A stretch of DNA of 56,583 nucleotides, counting the filler, from Sluysia triapertura (Eukaryota): NCBI GenBank assembly GCA_046118255.1. It is 4 parts of 4 records of this genome, joined end to end, with 100 filler letters (N's around TTAATTAATTAA, not from the genome) between each part and the next. Parts side by side here need not be neighbours in the genome. Positions count along the whole stretch, not along the records: positions 1 to 11,315 come from JBJNIA010186079.1; positions 11,416 to 29,033 come from JBJNIA010186724.1; 2 more parts are not named here. One strand, 5' to 3'. A program made the position numbers and the translations under genes. The notes under the pieces were generated by a model. It was not told the origin of the DNA. It did not search any database and saw only the letters and a program-made list of their open reading frames with translations. Below are positions 1 through 12,159 of the stretch, in pieces. The stretch's first letter is position 1; each line of letters starts with the position of its first letter.

Positions 1-99
1 TTTCTATCTCTTTAAATATTGATAAAAAAATTATTTTAAAATGCTTTTTTTACTTCTCTAGTTTAAAAGTTTTTAATCTTTTTTTGCCCAAAAAACAAA

Positions 100-171
100 A
101 AAAAATGTGTGACGTCACAAAATCTAAGACCCCCCTCCCCCTAAAGTGTGACGTGTTTTCCGAACGACCCC
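100..171. mobile_element. Right terminus of a PIF/Harbinger-like non-autonomous DNA transposon
   Basis: Ends in ...GTGACGTGTTTTCCGAACGACCCC followed by TAA; subterminal GTGACGT repeats and a CCCCCTCCCCC tract. This layout is typical of animal Harbinger-type MITE ends. The left end is not visible. Confidence 0.5.
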
Positions 172-279
172 TAACTCTATTTAAGAAATTTAATGATAGA
201 GGGTCTAAAAACTTAAAACTTAATTTCCTTACATGAAATTAATATCTACTTAAATTAATAAATTACTTAAATTAAAAAT

Positions 280-549
280 AAATTACTTTAATCATGGAAT
301 AAATCGAAGATTGTTCACTGGTTGAATTGCAAAACAATACAAAATCCACAATTTAAAGTGGCGATTTTCATTGTACTAGTCATCAGCCAATGAAAATCGA
401 TGGAATGTTATAGAACATTCTAGAAGCTTCTATTGTATTTTTGGAAAATTAATATTTTTAGAGTAATTTTAAAGATTCCTAAAGCATTTTAACTGATTTC
501 CAAATAATCGTAATGTATTTTTTTGTGATTTTAAGGGGTTGTGATGACA
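280..549 (-). repeat. Dispersed LTR-like repeat (second copy ~50138-50450, opposite strand)
   Basis: Shared ATGGAAT...AGAACATTCTAGAA.CTTCTATT.TATTTTTGGAAA block; both copies start TGTC(C)ATCAC in the same orientation, with a TATATAAA in the 50 kb copy. Boundaries approximate. Confidence 0.45.
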
Positions 550-1414
550 ACCTAACGCTTTATTCTTGTTTTTCCAAACATTCTTATTCCACTAATGAAT
601 TTAGGAAAAAATTATAATCAAATTTAATTACAATTAGTATAAATAACGAATCAATATTTTTATATTTGTTTCACAATTTAGCTGTTAATTTTATAAATTT
701 ACGACCTAGGACAAGGAGAACAAGCCAAGTTTAACAGTCAAAATGTGGCACTTTCATTTTATATTATTCAGGAATATTTTCCACATAATTTTTGTAAAAA
801 TGTTTAAAATTGAAAAAAAAACAAATATTTACTAAAATAAAAGGTTTGATTTAAGAGTAGCAACTGTATGATTATGCAGATTAGTGGAGTAATGTTCCCT
901 ACATTTACTCATCCAGAAAAAGTAACACTTATAATTTTGTGTTTACATTTTTTTGTTTATTGTGTCTAGGAACATATTTATTAATAATGTTTATTAGAGT
1001 AGAGTAGTTATCCAAGAGTAGTTATGGAAGAAACGAAATCGGACAAGTTATATTCTACTGGATGATGTTTAAGTGTTCAGTAAAGCACTTCTATTTTATT
1101 GTTAGTACTATGCAGCATTGTATAACCTATTCATTCCCAATGCTTATTAAAAAGTTTTGATTCGAGATGTTATTGGTTCAAAACATTACTCACGATTTCG
1201 TTGCATCAAAAACACAGGTCAAAGCACATTCAACATATATTTTCACTAAATATCTATTTCATTTTCCAAACTCTTCAATTATCGCAAAACATTTAATACA
1301 TTTTATTTTATCTTATTCGATAAAAAAAATGAATATATTTTCAAAGCGAGCATTATTGCCGTTATAATCATAATTATAGTCACCATTCGAGTGATTGCTA
1401 TATTATTAGTATTG

Positions 1415-1415
<1 letters not shown>

Positions 1416-1480
<65 letters not shown>
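1416..1480. repeat. (ATT)n microsatellite
   Basis: Perfect trinucleotide run; similar runs at 1853-1895, 19771-19860 and ~40267-40303. Confidence 0.95.
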
Positions 1481-1481
<1 letters not shown>

Positions 1482-1852
1482 TAAATTCCAGATTTATTAT
1501 ATAAATTAAGATTTATTTCCATTTTACTTGCAATTTTAAAATTATAGCATTTAACATCTTCAGTGTCATGTAAAATGAACGAAGTTTCTGACTTGTACTA
1601 ATTTTTCCACAATTCTCTTACTCGACATCTTTCAATTTAGATTTATCTCAAAGTCTCGCCAACAGAGCTTCCCTTTTCATAATATGATTGAGTAAAACAA
1701 TGATGATATTTGTATATTTCAAAAGTTTTCATTTTAAAATAATTAAAGGTAGGATAAAAACTTCATGAATTCGAATTTTAGTCATGAAAATAAAATAATT
1801 GATGTTCTTAATAATTGCAAACTTTACAAATGTTTCAAAATTGGTTTTAATA

Positions 1853-1900
<48 letters not shown>

Positions 1901-4900
1901 TTCGTGGTCCTCTACAGGTCCTATTTAATTCCACATTTAAACACCTGACTCAAAAAACGTACTTATTTATTAATTTAATTACGTTTATGTTATATTTATG
2001 TATAACAGAGGACCGGAACGAGAAAATTGCAATGTCGGGTTAATTAGGATATTTAAACCTGAATTAATGACAGTGCATAAATTTTTGCAGAAATAACATT
2101 GAAAGATATTTAAAGCACGCAATAAGATCGAAATAAGATATTGGCCTAATTATTGGTGAACATACTTTGTATGTTGTCCATACTCTTATAATTTAATTTT
2201 GACTTTGTTTTGCTTGTTGCTATGAACTTTCATTAATTTTATTATTTTGTTTAACGAATTTTTAAATTTTATAAATTTTAATGTCGCCTTAAGGCAGTGA
2301 AAACTGTCACGATTAACTTTTAATTAGAACCAATTTAAATAAAACAAAACGAAACATTAATGAAATATTAAAAACACAAAATATAAAACGAATGTTTAAT
2401 CTCCACGTAACGTACACAATAGTCGAATTTTGAAAATTATCTAATTGGACTATCCATGACGCTGTAAAAATGTAGGATTTGGATTCACAATGTGACAAAA
2501 TATCGACAATGTATCGATAATAAGATTAAGATATAATAGAAGGGCGTGGGTTCAATATACTCCTGACGTAATACTTCTCTTGTTGATTATAACTTTTAAA
2601 TTTAGTTTATAAATGTGCTTAAGACACTTAGTTTTTCTTTAATTTTAAATTCGAATCTAATGCAAAAATTATACAAATGAACATTTATTCTACAAACACT
2701 AAAATTTTCATTATTAACATTAAAACATTTATTACAAAATTGTTGACGTAAAACGCAAGGCCTCATTAGCACAATCAGGGACAGTTATCAACTATAAAAT
2801 TAATAATCAATTCAAAAAATAGATTTCGTTACTTCTTCATGATTAACTTTTCCAAGAGAATGTCCTACATTCATCTTACAAATTTTATGTATGGCGGCTT
2901 TTTAACTCTAATCGAATGTGAATGTAAACCAATGCTAACGTTGAAGTAAAACTGAATGTAGAAATGAAACAGGGTAAAAGTAAATTAAGGTTAAAAGTTA
3001 AACGTGAACGTAAATAATAAAGCTAGAAAATGTAAAAAGGAATCAAAGCAAACGTAATAGCGTCTTTTATCGTCAAGTAATAAGGATGATACTGGTGAAA
3101 TTAACTCGAAAGTAACAAGTTACTTATTAATAAGATACTTGTTAATTGTGTGACTTTCAGATTTAGGAAACTTCTTAAGCACTCCAGACGTTTTCTAAGA
3201 GTTTATTATCAAGAATTTAAAGCAGGTTGAAAAATAAGCAATGTAATTAGATTATTATGCTTTAATGTTGCATAATTTTAAAACGATAAGAATGAGTTTT
3301 ATCATCTTTAGAAGCTATTAATGTCAGAAGGGCATCGATATGTGTTGAAATGTTTATGCTGCATTTTAAAGCATTGAAATAATCTGTATTCGAATCTGAT
3401 TGATCAAGAAAGACTTTACAATGAAAAAATTGCTAAGGATGATAAAATGCAAAAAAATATATGCTCCATCTCGTTAACATTCAGAGGAGGCAAAGAACAA
3501 TAAGGCGTCAATCTGTCCGTCGCATCCTTATACAGAAATTCGTTGTTGGCTCTTTTAGTATTTGTATCATATTCGAAATATGAGGTGGTATTAACAAATT
3601 AATGAATTTGTTTAAATCAAATTATGTGATGAGTTAATGCCTTTATAAAAATTTTATAAATATGCTTGCAGTTATTTGAGAAGCGTTTCCATCTAACATG
3701 TAGAAGCGTTTGTATCTAACATGTACAAAATGCAATAAAGTATTGTAAATTTAATAAAATTAACTAAATTATCAAAAAGAAACAGGCAGAAAAGACGTAC
3801 AAGATGGATGTTTGAATTTATCTATATCTATATTTAGATGTTGATTAACGATTTAATTATAGACTTGTTGAAACATTTATGATAAAGAAAAACAACAGAA
3901 ATAGAACAATATATTAATAATAAAATAAAGGTATTTAAACTTATTAATTGATTAACTTACGATTTTAACTTGGATTGGTAAATCTTCAGGTTATGGAAGG
4001 TATGAGGTGATGTAGAGAAAGGTGTCCGTATGAAAGTATATGAAATGTGAAGGTTTGAATTGTTCGTATTGTGAGAATATTAAAGGTGTGTTATTATGGT
4101 TTTGGGTTTTGATTCACCACACATTTCAGCCTGTGTTTTTCTGGTAAAATGAGAATGATATATTTTGTTTCTGAAAGAACTAAAATAAGACATTTTCGAC
4201 ATAGCATTGGATCTTTGAAACCTAGATGTAGCGGATAACAAGAAATTAAAATATGCCCTAATTATATAATACAAATTTTAGTTAATGATAAAGTTATTAT
4301 ATTATCGAAAAAAGCATCTCTTTAATTATACGGTCCAATGTATTGAAATAGAATAGGAACTGAAATACAAATGCTTTCATCTTCAGCGTTTTCTTTTCAT
4401 CCACTCTACTTAAGTTGTATGAATGTATAAATGTTGTACATATGAAATAAAAAAGTAATATTTAAAATAAATGACATTAACAAAAACTAGATTTGGATCC
4501 AATGTGTTGATGCATATGTGATTATTCTTCATGTTGGAATGACTTGAATTATTTTCACTTACATCAAAAACTTTAGCTAGAAGGCATAAACTATATTTTA
4601 TTTTATAGAAAATATTTCCAATATTAATATTAATGTGTGACATAATATATGTCTTCGTCGTTGAACGTTTTTCAATTTACGAGAAAATCCCAAAATTGAG
4701 GTAAATCTTATTTCAACGTATGCAAAATGATGGTGAAGATTTGAGATATTTTTATAACTATTAATTTTATTAATAATTTTGATTGTATCTAAAGTTTATG
4801 TATTTTTTGAATAGTGATTTTTTAGGATATTTCGGTCGTAAGCGGAAAAATATGTCTCCAATTCTGGACATGAAAAATATTTATGAGTAAGTTTTTTAAT

Positions 4901-5352
4901 CAGAAATTAATCAGGGATTATAAAATATGTCGCGTGTGTGGAGTAGCTAACTTCTTTCTTAATGTTTCACTTACTGACAATATTGAGATATTACTATTTC
5001 CGGGTTTTAGTACTTATGTTTTATAATTTTATTTTCATTCATATTGGATCATTCATTTGCTAATTATATTACATTTCAACAATTTACTGCATTGATTGTT
5101 TATTGGTTTCAAGAATTAACCTACTTTGTATTGGTTTAAGTAATTTTAATCATAAATTTAACTTTTAATACAGTTATATTTACTTTAACTTTTTTTCTTA
5201 CTAATTCAAATTCGTTCTCATATATTAAATATATTTAACTTTTATTATTCTATTATTAGAAGTTGCTGTCTTACATTAAACAATTTTACACATTGTTAAC
5301 ATTAAATACAATCATTATAACTAATAAAATAATTAATCTTATTACTATTAAG

Positions 5353-5623
5353 AACGTAGTCGAAGTAAAAGTCGCGGACGACGAAGATCTCGAAGTCGTT
5401 CCAAGAGACGCAGTCGATCCCACAGAAGATCTCGTTCTCGTCGACGTAGTCGTTCTCGTAAAAGGTCGAGATCAAGGCGAAAGTCTGTATCCCGATCAAA
5501 TCGATCTCACCGACGCAGCAGGTCTCGAGAAAGAAAAGATAAGAAGCGTTCCAGATCACGCTCTAAACATAAGAAGAGAAGAAGCAAATCTAGAGATAGA
5601 AAGGAAAGAAGGGATGATTCAAG
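5353..5623 (+). CDS. RS-domain exon of an SR-related protein (SRSF11/SREK1-like architecture; 5' exons not found in window)
   Basis: AG|...|GT exon reading (E)RSRSKSRGRRRSRSRSKRRSRSHRRSRSRRRSRSRKRSRSRR...RDRKERRDDSR; phase 1 in, phase 2 out, matching the next exon. The ORF track shows the wrong frame here. Confidence 0.85.
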
Positions 5624-7246
5624 GTTTATGTTTATAATGTTTAATTTTATAAGCTTGGTTTTAGTCGCATATGTTTTACTCGAATTAGTAATTTAATCTG
5701 TATTTTTCCGGTAATATTTTTGTTTAGTTTGGTTTATTATTTTACATATTGAAGAGTTACCTATGAGTTATTCGTTTTGGTACTGATTTTATAAGCAATA
5801 TTTTATGTGATTCCAGAACAACTTTGAGTAATTTGTCCTAATTTTGCTGTCTTTTCAAAGTAACCATGGATTAACTATTTCAATTCTGCGTTATTTAATT
5901 TATACATCGCACCAAAATGCTCAATTACTAATTAAAAATGACACACTGAACATATTTGTATTATTCGTTATACTAAAGTTATTTTTGCTATTGTGTTTAA
6001 ATATCTAAATTCAACATCAAATGAAGACAAATAACTTTTATTTGATTTTCTTTACTATTTTTATTTCGAGCATAAGAAATTACCCAATGTTTATTGTAAA
6101 CATCAAATTATTATATTATTTTATTATATGAATAAAATAAAGTGGAAGTTATGCGGGTTATGTTGTGTTTGCAATACAAAATGATTTTTATATTGAAATC
6201 ATTGTAATTGAGTGGTTTGAAAGTGTGATCACGAGTTGTAGGGTGATTGTGTGATGTTAGTGTAGCAAAATTAAACGTTATGAACTGAGTCATCACATTA
6301 CATTCTTTAAACTTTACATAAATTGGCCTAATATTGAACTCGAACATTATGGCAGAGATGAATTTACCACTGATTTCATTTGGTCTTAGTTTAATATGTC
6401 AAATAAGAATGAAAACTCAATATATGTAAATATCAAATGTATCCAAATTAAATATAATTATCTCAATGAGATTATCTCAGCCCTTTGTTGTGCGTTATGT
6501 TTTTTTGTAAATGAAAGCTTTGCATCTGTAATAACTTCTATCTGGTCAATTTCACTCTATATATACTTACTTTTAATCTTATTCTATGTATTTTTGTGAT
6601 TGTAATATTAATCATTTACATCCGTCCTGTTTTTATGTAAGTGTGTATGCTAATGTTCGTTTTCATTTCTATTTTAATAAACATTACATTGTAGTATTTC
6701 CTTCTCCGATTTTACACCATAAATTTTGAACTTTAAACTTTAATTTAATCAATTCAAAAAAGATAAAGGCAATAAAATTACCGTATCTATTTTAACAGTA
6801 TATAATAATATCAAATAAATTGAATAAAATATATTATTTACTTTCTCATTTAATCAAAATGCTTTTCTTAAGTTATTAAGATATCCCACACAATCGTTTA
6901 CAGTTTGTATGTCGGATTTCGACTTGTACAATCAATTTTGCATTTGAATGTGCTCTCACATGAAGGTTTTTTATTTTTTTGTCAATGGATTGAATTAAAC
7001 ATTAACTGAAAACATTTTAAAACGTTTAAGAAGTGCTGAGGTTGACACATAAAATTTGAAGCGAATCTGATAATCATGTCTGAGTGGCTAAAGGTTGAAA
7101 TTAATTTTTCCCTAATTTATATTTTTTTGTTAGAAGTAAAGTTATCAATGCGAATTGACATAAATGTGTACAATTCAGCAGACATTGTGTGTGGATTATA
7201 CATTTTGCTTTTGGATATAAAATCTAATTAAAATATTTAATTTCAG

Positions 7247-7583
7247 ATCCAGACATCGACATTCAAAGAAAAGATCTCGTTCTCATCACAAAACTCGAGA
7301 TGACAAAGACAAAAGGCGAAAAGATGATAGACATAAAAATGAAACGAAAGAAAAGGAATCCCGGAAGTATAAAGAAAAAGAAACTGATAATGTTAACAGC
7401 ACTAGTACAAAAGCTGATAGTAATAAAGATTTAAATGGTAGTGATGATGTAAATTCGAGTGAAATTGTAGCAAAAGACGCGGTGAGTGTTGGTCTGATTG
7501 GCAGTGATAATAGTAATACTAATCCAGAAATGATGATTTTAAATAATGATAATCAAAACAATAATACTAATAACAGTGATTAA
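7247..7583 (+). CDS. Terminal exon of the SR-related protein (RS then K/D/E/N-rich tail)
   Basis: tttcag acceptor; phase-2 join gives RSRHRHSKKRSRSHHKTRDDKDKRRKDDRHKNETKEKESRKYKEKE...NNSD-TAA; AATAAA at 7598 and 7610. Confidence 0.85.
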
Positions 7584-7654
7584 TATTTTACTTTGTAAAT
7601 AAAGTGTTAAATAAAATACTAGTTGTATTTTTCATTTCCATAAAAACTAAATTA

Positions 7655-8170
7655 TTATTTTGAATTTTGTATAATTGCTTGAATATAAAGTTGAAGTACA
7701 TCTAATTCTACAGTTCCACGCATAACACCAATCATTAATTCAATTAACGCCCTTGTTAATCGTAATAATGTATGTAAATTATTTGTTAAACGAATACCCA
7801 AGTAGTTACCTTGATTAATATAATTTGTAATTTTGTCTTTTTCACGTTCGTAGTCATCAATGATGCTTTCTTGCTCAGATTTCCATAAATTAATACAACG
7901 TGATATTGTACTTTCATAATTTGAATCAAAATAATCTTTAGCGACATTCAATATACCATTTATGTAAGCTTTCGGTGTTGAACTGGTTATGGAAGCATTA
8001 TAAATCATTTTCTTGATGGAATCCAATAATTTCGCAAATCTTACATTACAATATTCTGCGTCTATGTCACAATTTGACATATTTGAATCGTATAATGTAT
8101 ATTTGCTAATAATTGATATAGGTGATTCTTTGTGTTTTGATAATTTTTCCTCCATATTAATTAAATCCAT
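7655..8170 (-). CDS. Hypothetical 171-aa protein, single coding exon
   Basis: ATG-to-stop ORF of 516 nt with globular-type composition in very AT-rich DNA; possible 5'UTR acceptor tttcag near 8241. No family recognised. Confidence 0.6.
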   Translation of the reverse strand: MDLINMEEKLSKHKESPISIISKYTLYDSNMSNCDIDAEYCNVRFAKLLDSIKKMIYNASITSSTPKAYINGILNVAKDYFDSNYESTISRCINLWKSEQESIIDDYEREKDKITNYINQGNYLGIRLTNNLHTLLRLTRALIELMIGVMRGTVELDVLQLYIQAIIQNSK

Positions 8171-9470
8171 TTACATGTAATATTGATTGAATTATTATTC
8201 CTATAATAATGAATTAAAAACGAGTTTAATCATTTGGTACCTGAAATTTCAGTATAAAAATTAATGAAAAGTAAAATAAAAGTTGATATTATTTGCAATG
8301 TTTTGGAGCTAATAATGATTTTATTCTAAAATCGTAAGATTAGTATTTTATTGTAATAAAATGTATTTATGTAACTTTAACATTATTTCATAACTGAGAC
8401 ATACAATCAAACAAAATATTTAAATTTTCCACTTTTTGTTAATCCTCATTAGTTCATGCAAGTAGATTGAGTAAAGAATGTGTTAACTAACTTGTTTTTA
8501 ATTCACTGCATTTTAGGGCATATAGTATCAAGAAATGGCATTAAGCATGTGGTAATTTAAAACCCTCACACATCTTTTCAAGCATTACAAATTCCGTACA
8601 CAAGCTATAAATTTATATTTTATATTATTTCATATTAATTGTTTTAATTATTAATTATTTTACATTAAATTTAATTTATATACAATTTAATCATTATATA
8701 CATTTAAGAAATATTCAGAGTTTTTATAATAGTAAAAAACTAAATTAAATTTTAGATTTAATAAAAATTAATAGCTTTTCTAAAAACTATTAATTAATTA
8801 ATTCATTTTTAGACTTAATTTTATTTTATGTTTAATGGTTTTATTAAGGTTCCAAAGCTACTTAGTAATTTATAAGGCATTCAGGAGACTCTAGATGCTT
8901 TCACCTTCACCTCTCTGATTCCTTTTTCTATACATTTCTCTATGATATCCCACATTGTTTTGTGTCAAATAGTTTAAAAATATAAATTCGTTTAATGGTT
9001 CTCAAAGCTGTTTAAATATCATATTATCCATACAGTTATTAAAACATGCTCGCAAAGTATTAAAAACTTTGCCACTAGAATCAAAAAATTTTTAAATCGT
9101 TTTGTATTTCTGTTGAAGAATTGAAAGAACAGTTAATAAGGTGTAATTATGATTTTGATAGTGTGTTTGATTTTATCACAGTTTTTAGAATTTATAGAAA
9201 AGAGTGATTATATCGTTGCTCAAGAATTGTTTAGCAGTTGTAAATACATACGACAAGTAATAGGAATCTCAGAGCCGGCATAAAACTACTAAACTTTTAT
9301 TTGACATTGCATCTTGAAATCATGTAACAGATGTTAATACAACATTTGACAGATTGTTGATTTGATGATAATTATTTATTAAACGAATTATTTACATTCG
9401 ATGTCAGATATGCTTTAGAATTATGGATTGAATGTAATATTATCTTATTTAATAATGATACAAGTGACTA

Positions 9471-9629
9471 TGTTAGACTTCGTAAAATGGACTGACCGGG
9501 GATCGAACCCGGAACCATCGTCTGCGCAGTCGATGCTCTACCACTGAGCTATCAGCCCCGTCTAACAATTTCATTTTAGATATATTCAATTATACTACTT
9601 GGCACTTTCTTAGGCCTTTTACCCCAACA
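9471..9629 (-). mobile_element. Solo LTR-like unit carrying a tRNA-derived gene (TRIM-like family, copy 1)
   Basis: Minus strand TGTTGGGG...GTCTAACA, 159 bp; homologous to copies at 19466, 29134, 30131 and 30263 well outside the tRNA part. Confidence 0.75.
9488..9558 (-). tRNA. tRNA-Ala-like pseudo-tRNA inside a repeat
   Basis: GGGCTGA/TCAGTCC acceptor stem with G3:U70 and A73; D arm GCTC-AGTGGTA-GAGC; T arm CCGGG-TTCGATC-CCCGG; followed by TTTT. The anticodon arm (TCGACTGCGCAGACGA) does not form a canonical 5+7+5 stem-loop. Confidence 0.6.
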
Positions 9630-11315
9630 TAATCACAAAAGAAAAAAGTTAGAAGATAATTAAAGGATATTACTTGAATCGTACAGTAGGGATTATTCAG
9701 GTAAATAAAGTGGTTTTCATAATCTTCTGGAACCTTTATAATATTGTAAACGATTTGGCTATGAGTCATCTTTACTACCATGATCATAGAATTGGAAATG
9801 TTAGCTTTCTTTAGCTTGCGAATAAAAATAATTTTAGTAAGTCCACCAACGTGCTAGTCTTACCAGTGGGATTTTTTAAAATCTTAATACTTGTGGAGGT
9901 TAATTTGTTTTTATTTTCTTCACTAAAACTTTTCTAATGATTTTATGATTGGAATTAAGTTACTAGTTTTATAAATGATTTGAATTTATTCAAGGAAGAT
10001 TAATATGGTACTTAAAAATGAAATACAAAAATTAAATTAAGATTTTAATTAAGTTCTAAAATGAACCTCAAAGGAAATTCAAATTTAGTTATTAATAATG
10101 TACTAAATTAATATGAAGTTTTATTATCAAATAATAAAATAGAGTTACAACAATAATAAAATAAATGAATACAAATTTATAAATTGTATAAATTATAAAT
10201 AAATTATATAAATTGTATTCACAAAATTAAAAAAACAATCTTGGTGTAATAAATTTGAAATAATATTTTAGTAATACTTTATTAAATAATATATTAGTTC
10301 AAAAGATTTTAAGTGGAATTTAAAATAGGTGTTGATAAAAATTGCAAAGTATCCTGAACAATTAAACTAATGATTTGACAAAATAAAACTGACGGATAAG
10401 TTTTCCTTTTTGGTTTTAGGAGAATAATGATCAATTTTTTGATACGCTGATGCCAAGAAAATCGTTATGAAAAAATTTTAAATATTCAGTTGTGAGTTTT
10501 GTACCACAATGCTTTCTCTTAAATACTAGAAATTTGACCTTGAATGTCAATAGCTATTTTAACCAAAATATAAAGCTAAGTGATTATAAATAAAACAAAA
10601 CTTTCATATTTCCAAAAAGTCAAACTATTTTATTATATTATTATTTTAAAAATTATTTTAAAAGTAATTAAAAGTATTTTACAAAAATAATTTACTTTAA
10701 AATGTTTTAATAAAATTAAGTTTGCAACGAAAATTGAGTTTATAAAATTAAAATAAATGAATTAATAAATCAATAAATCTTATAAATATACAATTGCATA
10801 CTTATTTATATTTAACATTACTATACAAACTGCTGGGATCGATGAAGGATAAAGGTAGTTGTAAGGATCAAGACTAAAGATAACAGAATAAGTTCAACGT
10901 TATTAAAGAATTAATATGAGGTAATATGATGAACTGTAATCGTAGAATAAGCACATAAAATACTTATATCGAAATAAAAAGTGAGAAATATGAAGCACTA
11001 ATTCTTTGCAGGGTTTTATTTGTTAAAATATTAAATTACACTTGTTTATTAACTTAATTAAAATTTGTTTAATTTGATAATTCAATTATAATATTTGCTC
11101 ATTATAAAATGATATTGGATGTAGTGTACAATATTGAATGTTATTAATATTTTTAATGATGAAGTATTGTGAAGCACGTAAACGTAAATAACGTAAAAGT
11201 TAGTTATTTTAATTAATTTTTATAATTTAAAATTAAAGATTAATATGTTCCGATGTCTAAGTATTATTAAAGTATGTATCAAATTAATGCTTATATAGAA
11301 ACCAATTCAAATATG

Positions 11316-11415
11316 NNNNNNNNNNNNNNNNNNNNNNNNNNNNNNNNNNNNNNNNNNNNTTAATTAATTAANNNNNNNNNNNNNNNNNNNNNNNNNNNNN
11401 NNNNNNNNNNNNNNN
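11316..11415. other. Artificial contig linker N44-TTAATTAATTAA-N44
   Basis: 100-nt spacer with stop codons in all six frames. Confidence 0.97.
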
Positions 11416-12159
11416 AACCCTATATTAAGGTGTTGGAACAAAAATAAAATAAGTTTGAGTAGGATTTTAATATTCCCTCTTAAGGTGAATATATAAAACT
11501 TATATAATAAAAAATTACTTGTTAATTTTCGTTGACATTATAAATTAAAAATTGTCGAAGCTTAAAGAACTTGATCTTGATTTCAAAATTTCTTCTTATC
11601 CTTAAATTGTCTTATGTTGCTCTATTTATACTTACTTTCGTCTAAAATTTTTCTTAATTAAAATATTTTTCTTTATAAAATAATTTTCTTTAAAATTTTT
11701 TCCTAAATCTAAAAATAAATTATTTAATATAAACAAAAAATAAAAATTTACTTAATTTTCTTTATTTTAATTTTAAATAAAGTATTTAATTTAAACAAAA
11801 AATTTATTTTTCTTTTTTTCAATTTTTTAATATTTATATTTTTATCTTTATTATTATCTCTATATTTTTTATTTTAATTTTATATTTTTATTTATTTAAT
11901 TTAACAATAACGATAATATTTACACTAAAATTTACGCATAACAAAATATAAACACATAAAAACATGAATTCTTTTTTACAAATACTTTACAAAAATATAG
12001 GAAATATTGATATAAAATATATGAAATATAACAATATATGTATAAATAAATATTTCTGGAGCAAGAATGATGAAGAAGAAAATGTTTATAGTCATTTTGA
12101 AACCGAAAAATACCTTGGAGTTCCAAGGACCTTTGTAGGGTTTTACGACGTGTGACATC

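Noticed and set aside
1765-2043. Poly-Leu membrane protein ORF
   Set aside because: Translation of an (ATT)n microsatellite.
3161-3224. Possible upstream exon of the SR gene (FRKLLKHSRRFLRVYYQEFKA, phase-1 exit)
   Set aside because: Phase-compatible but weak donor and no similarity to RRM/SR proteins; cannot be supported.
5263-5637. 124-aa ORF (VVEVKVADDEDLEVV...) and its antisense ORF
   Set aside because: Shadow frames of the RS-repeat exon.
9488-9558. Functional tRNA gene
   Set aside because: Anticodon arm malformed and variable between copies; embedded in a dispersed repeat.
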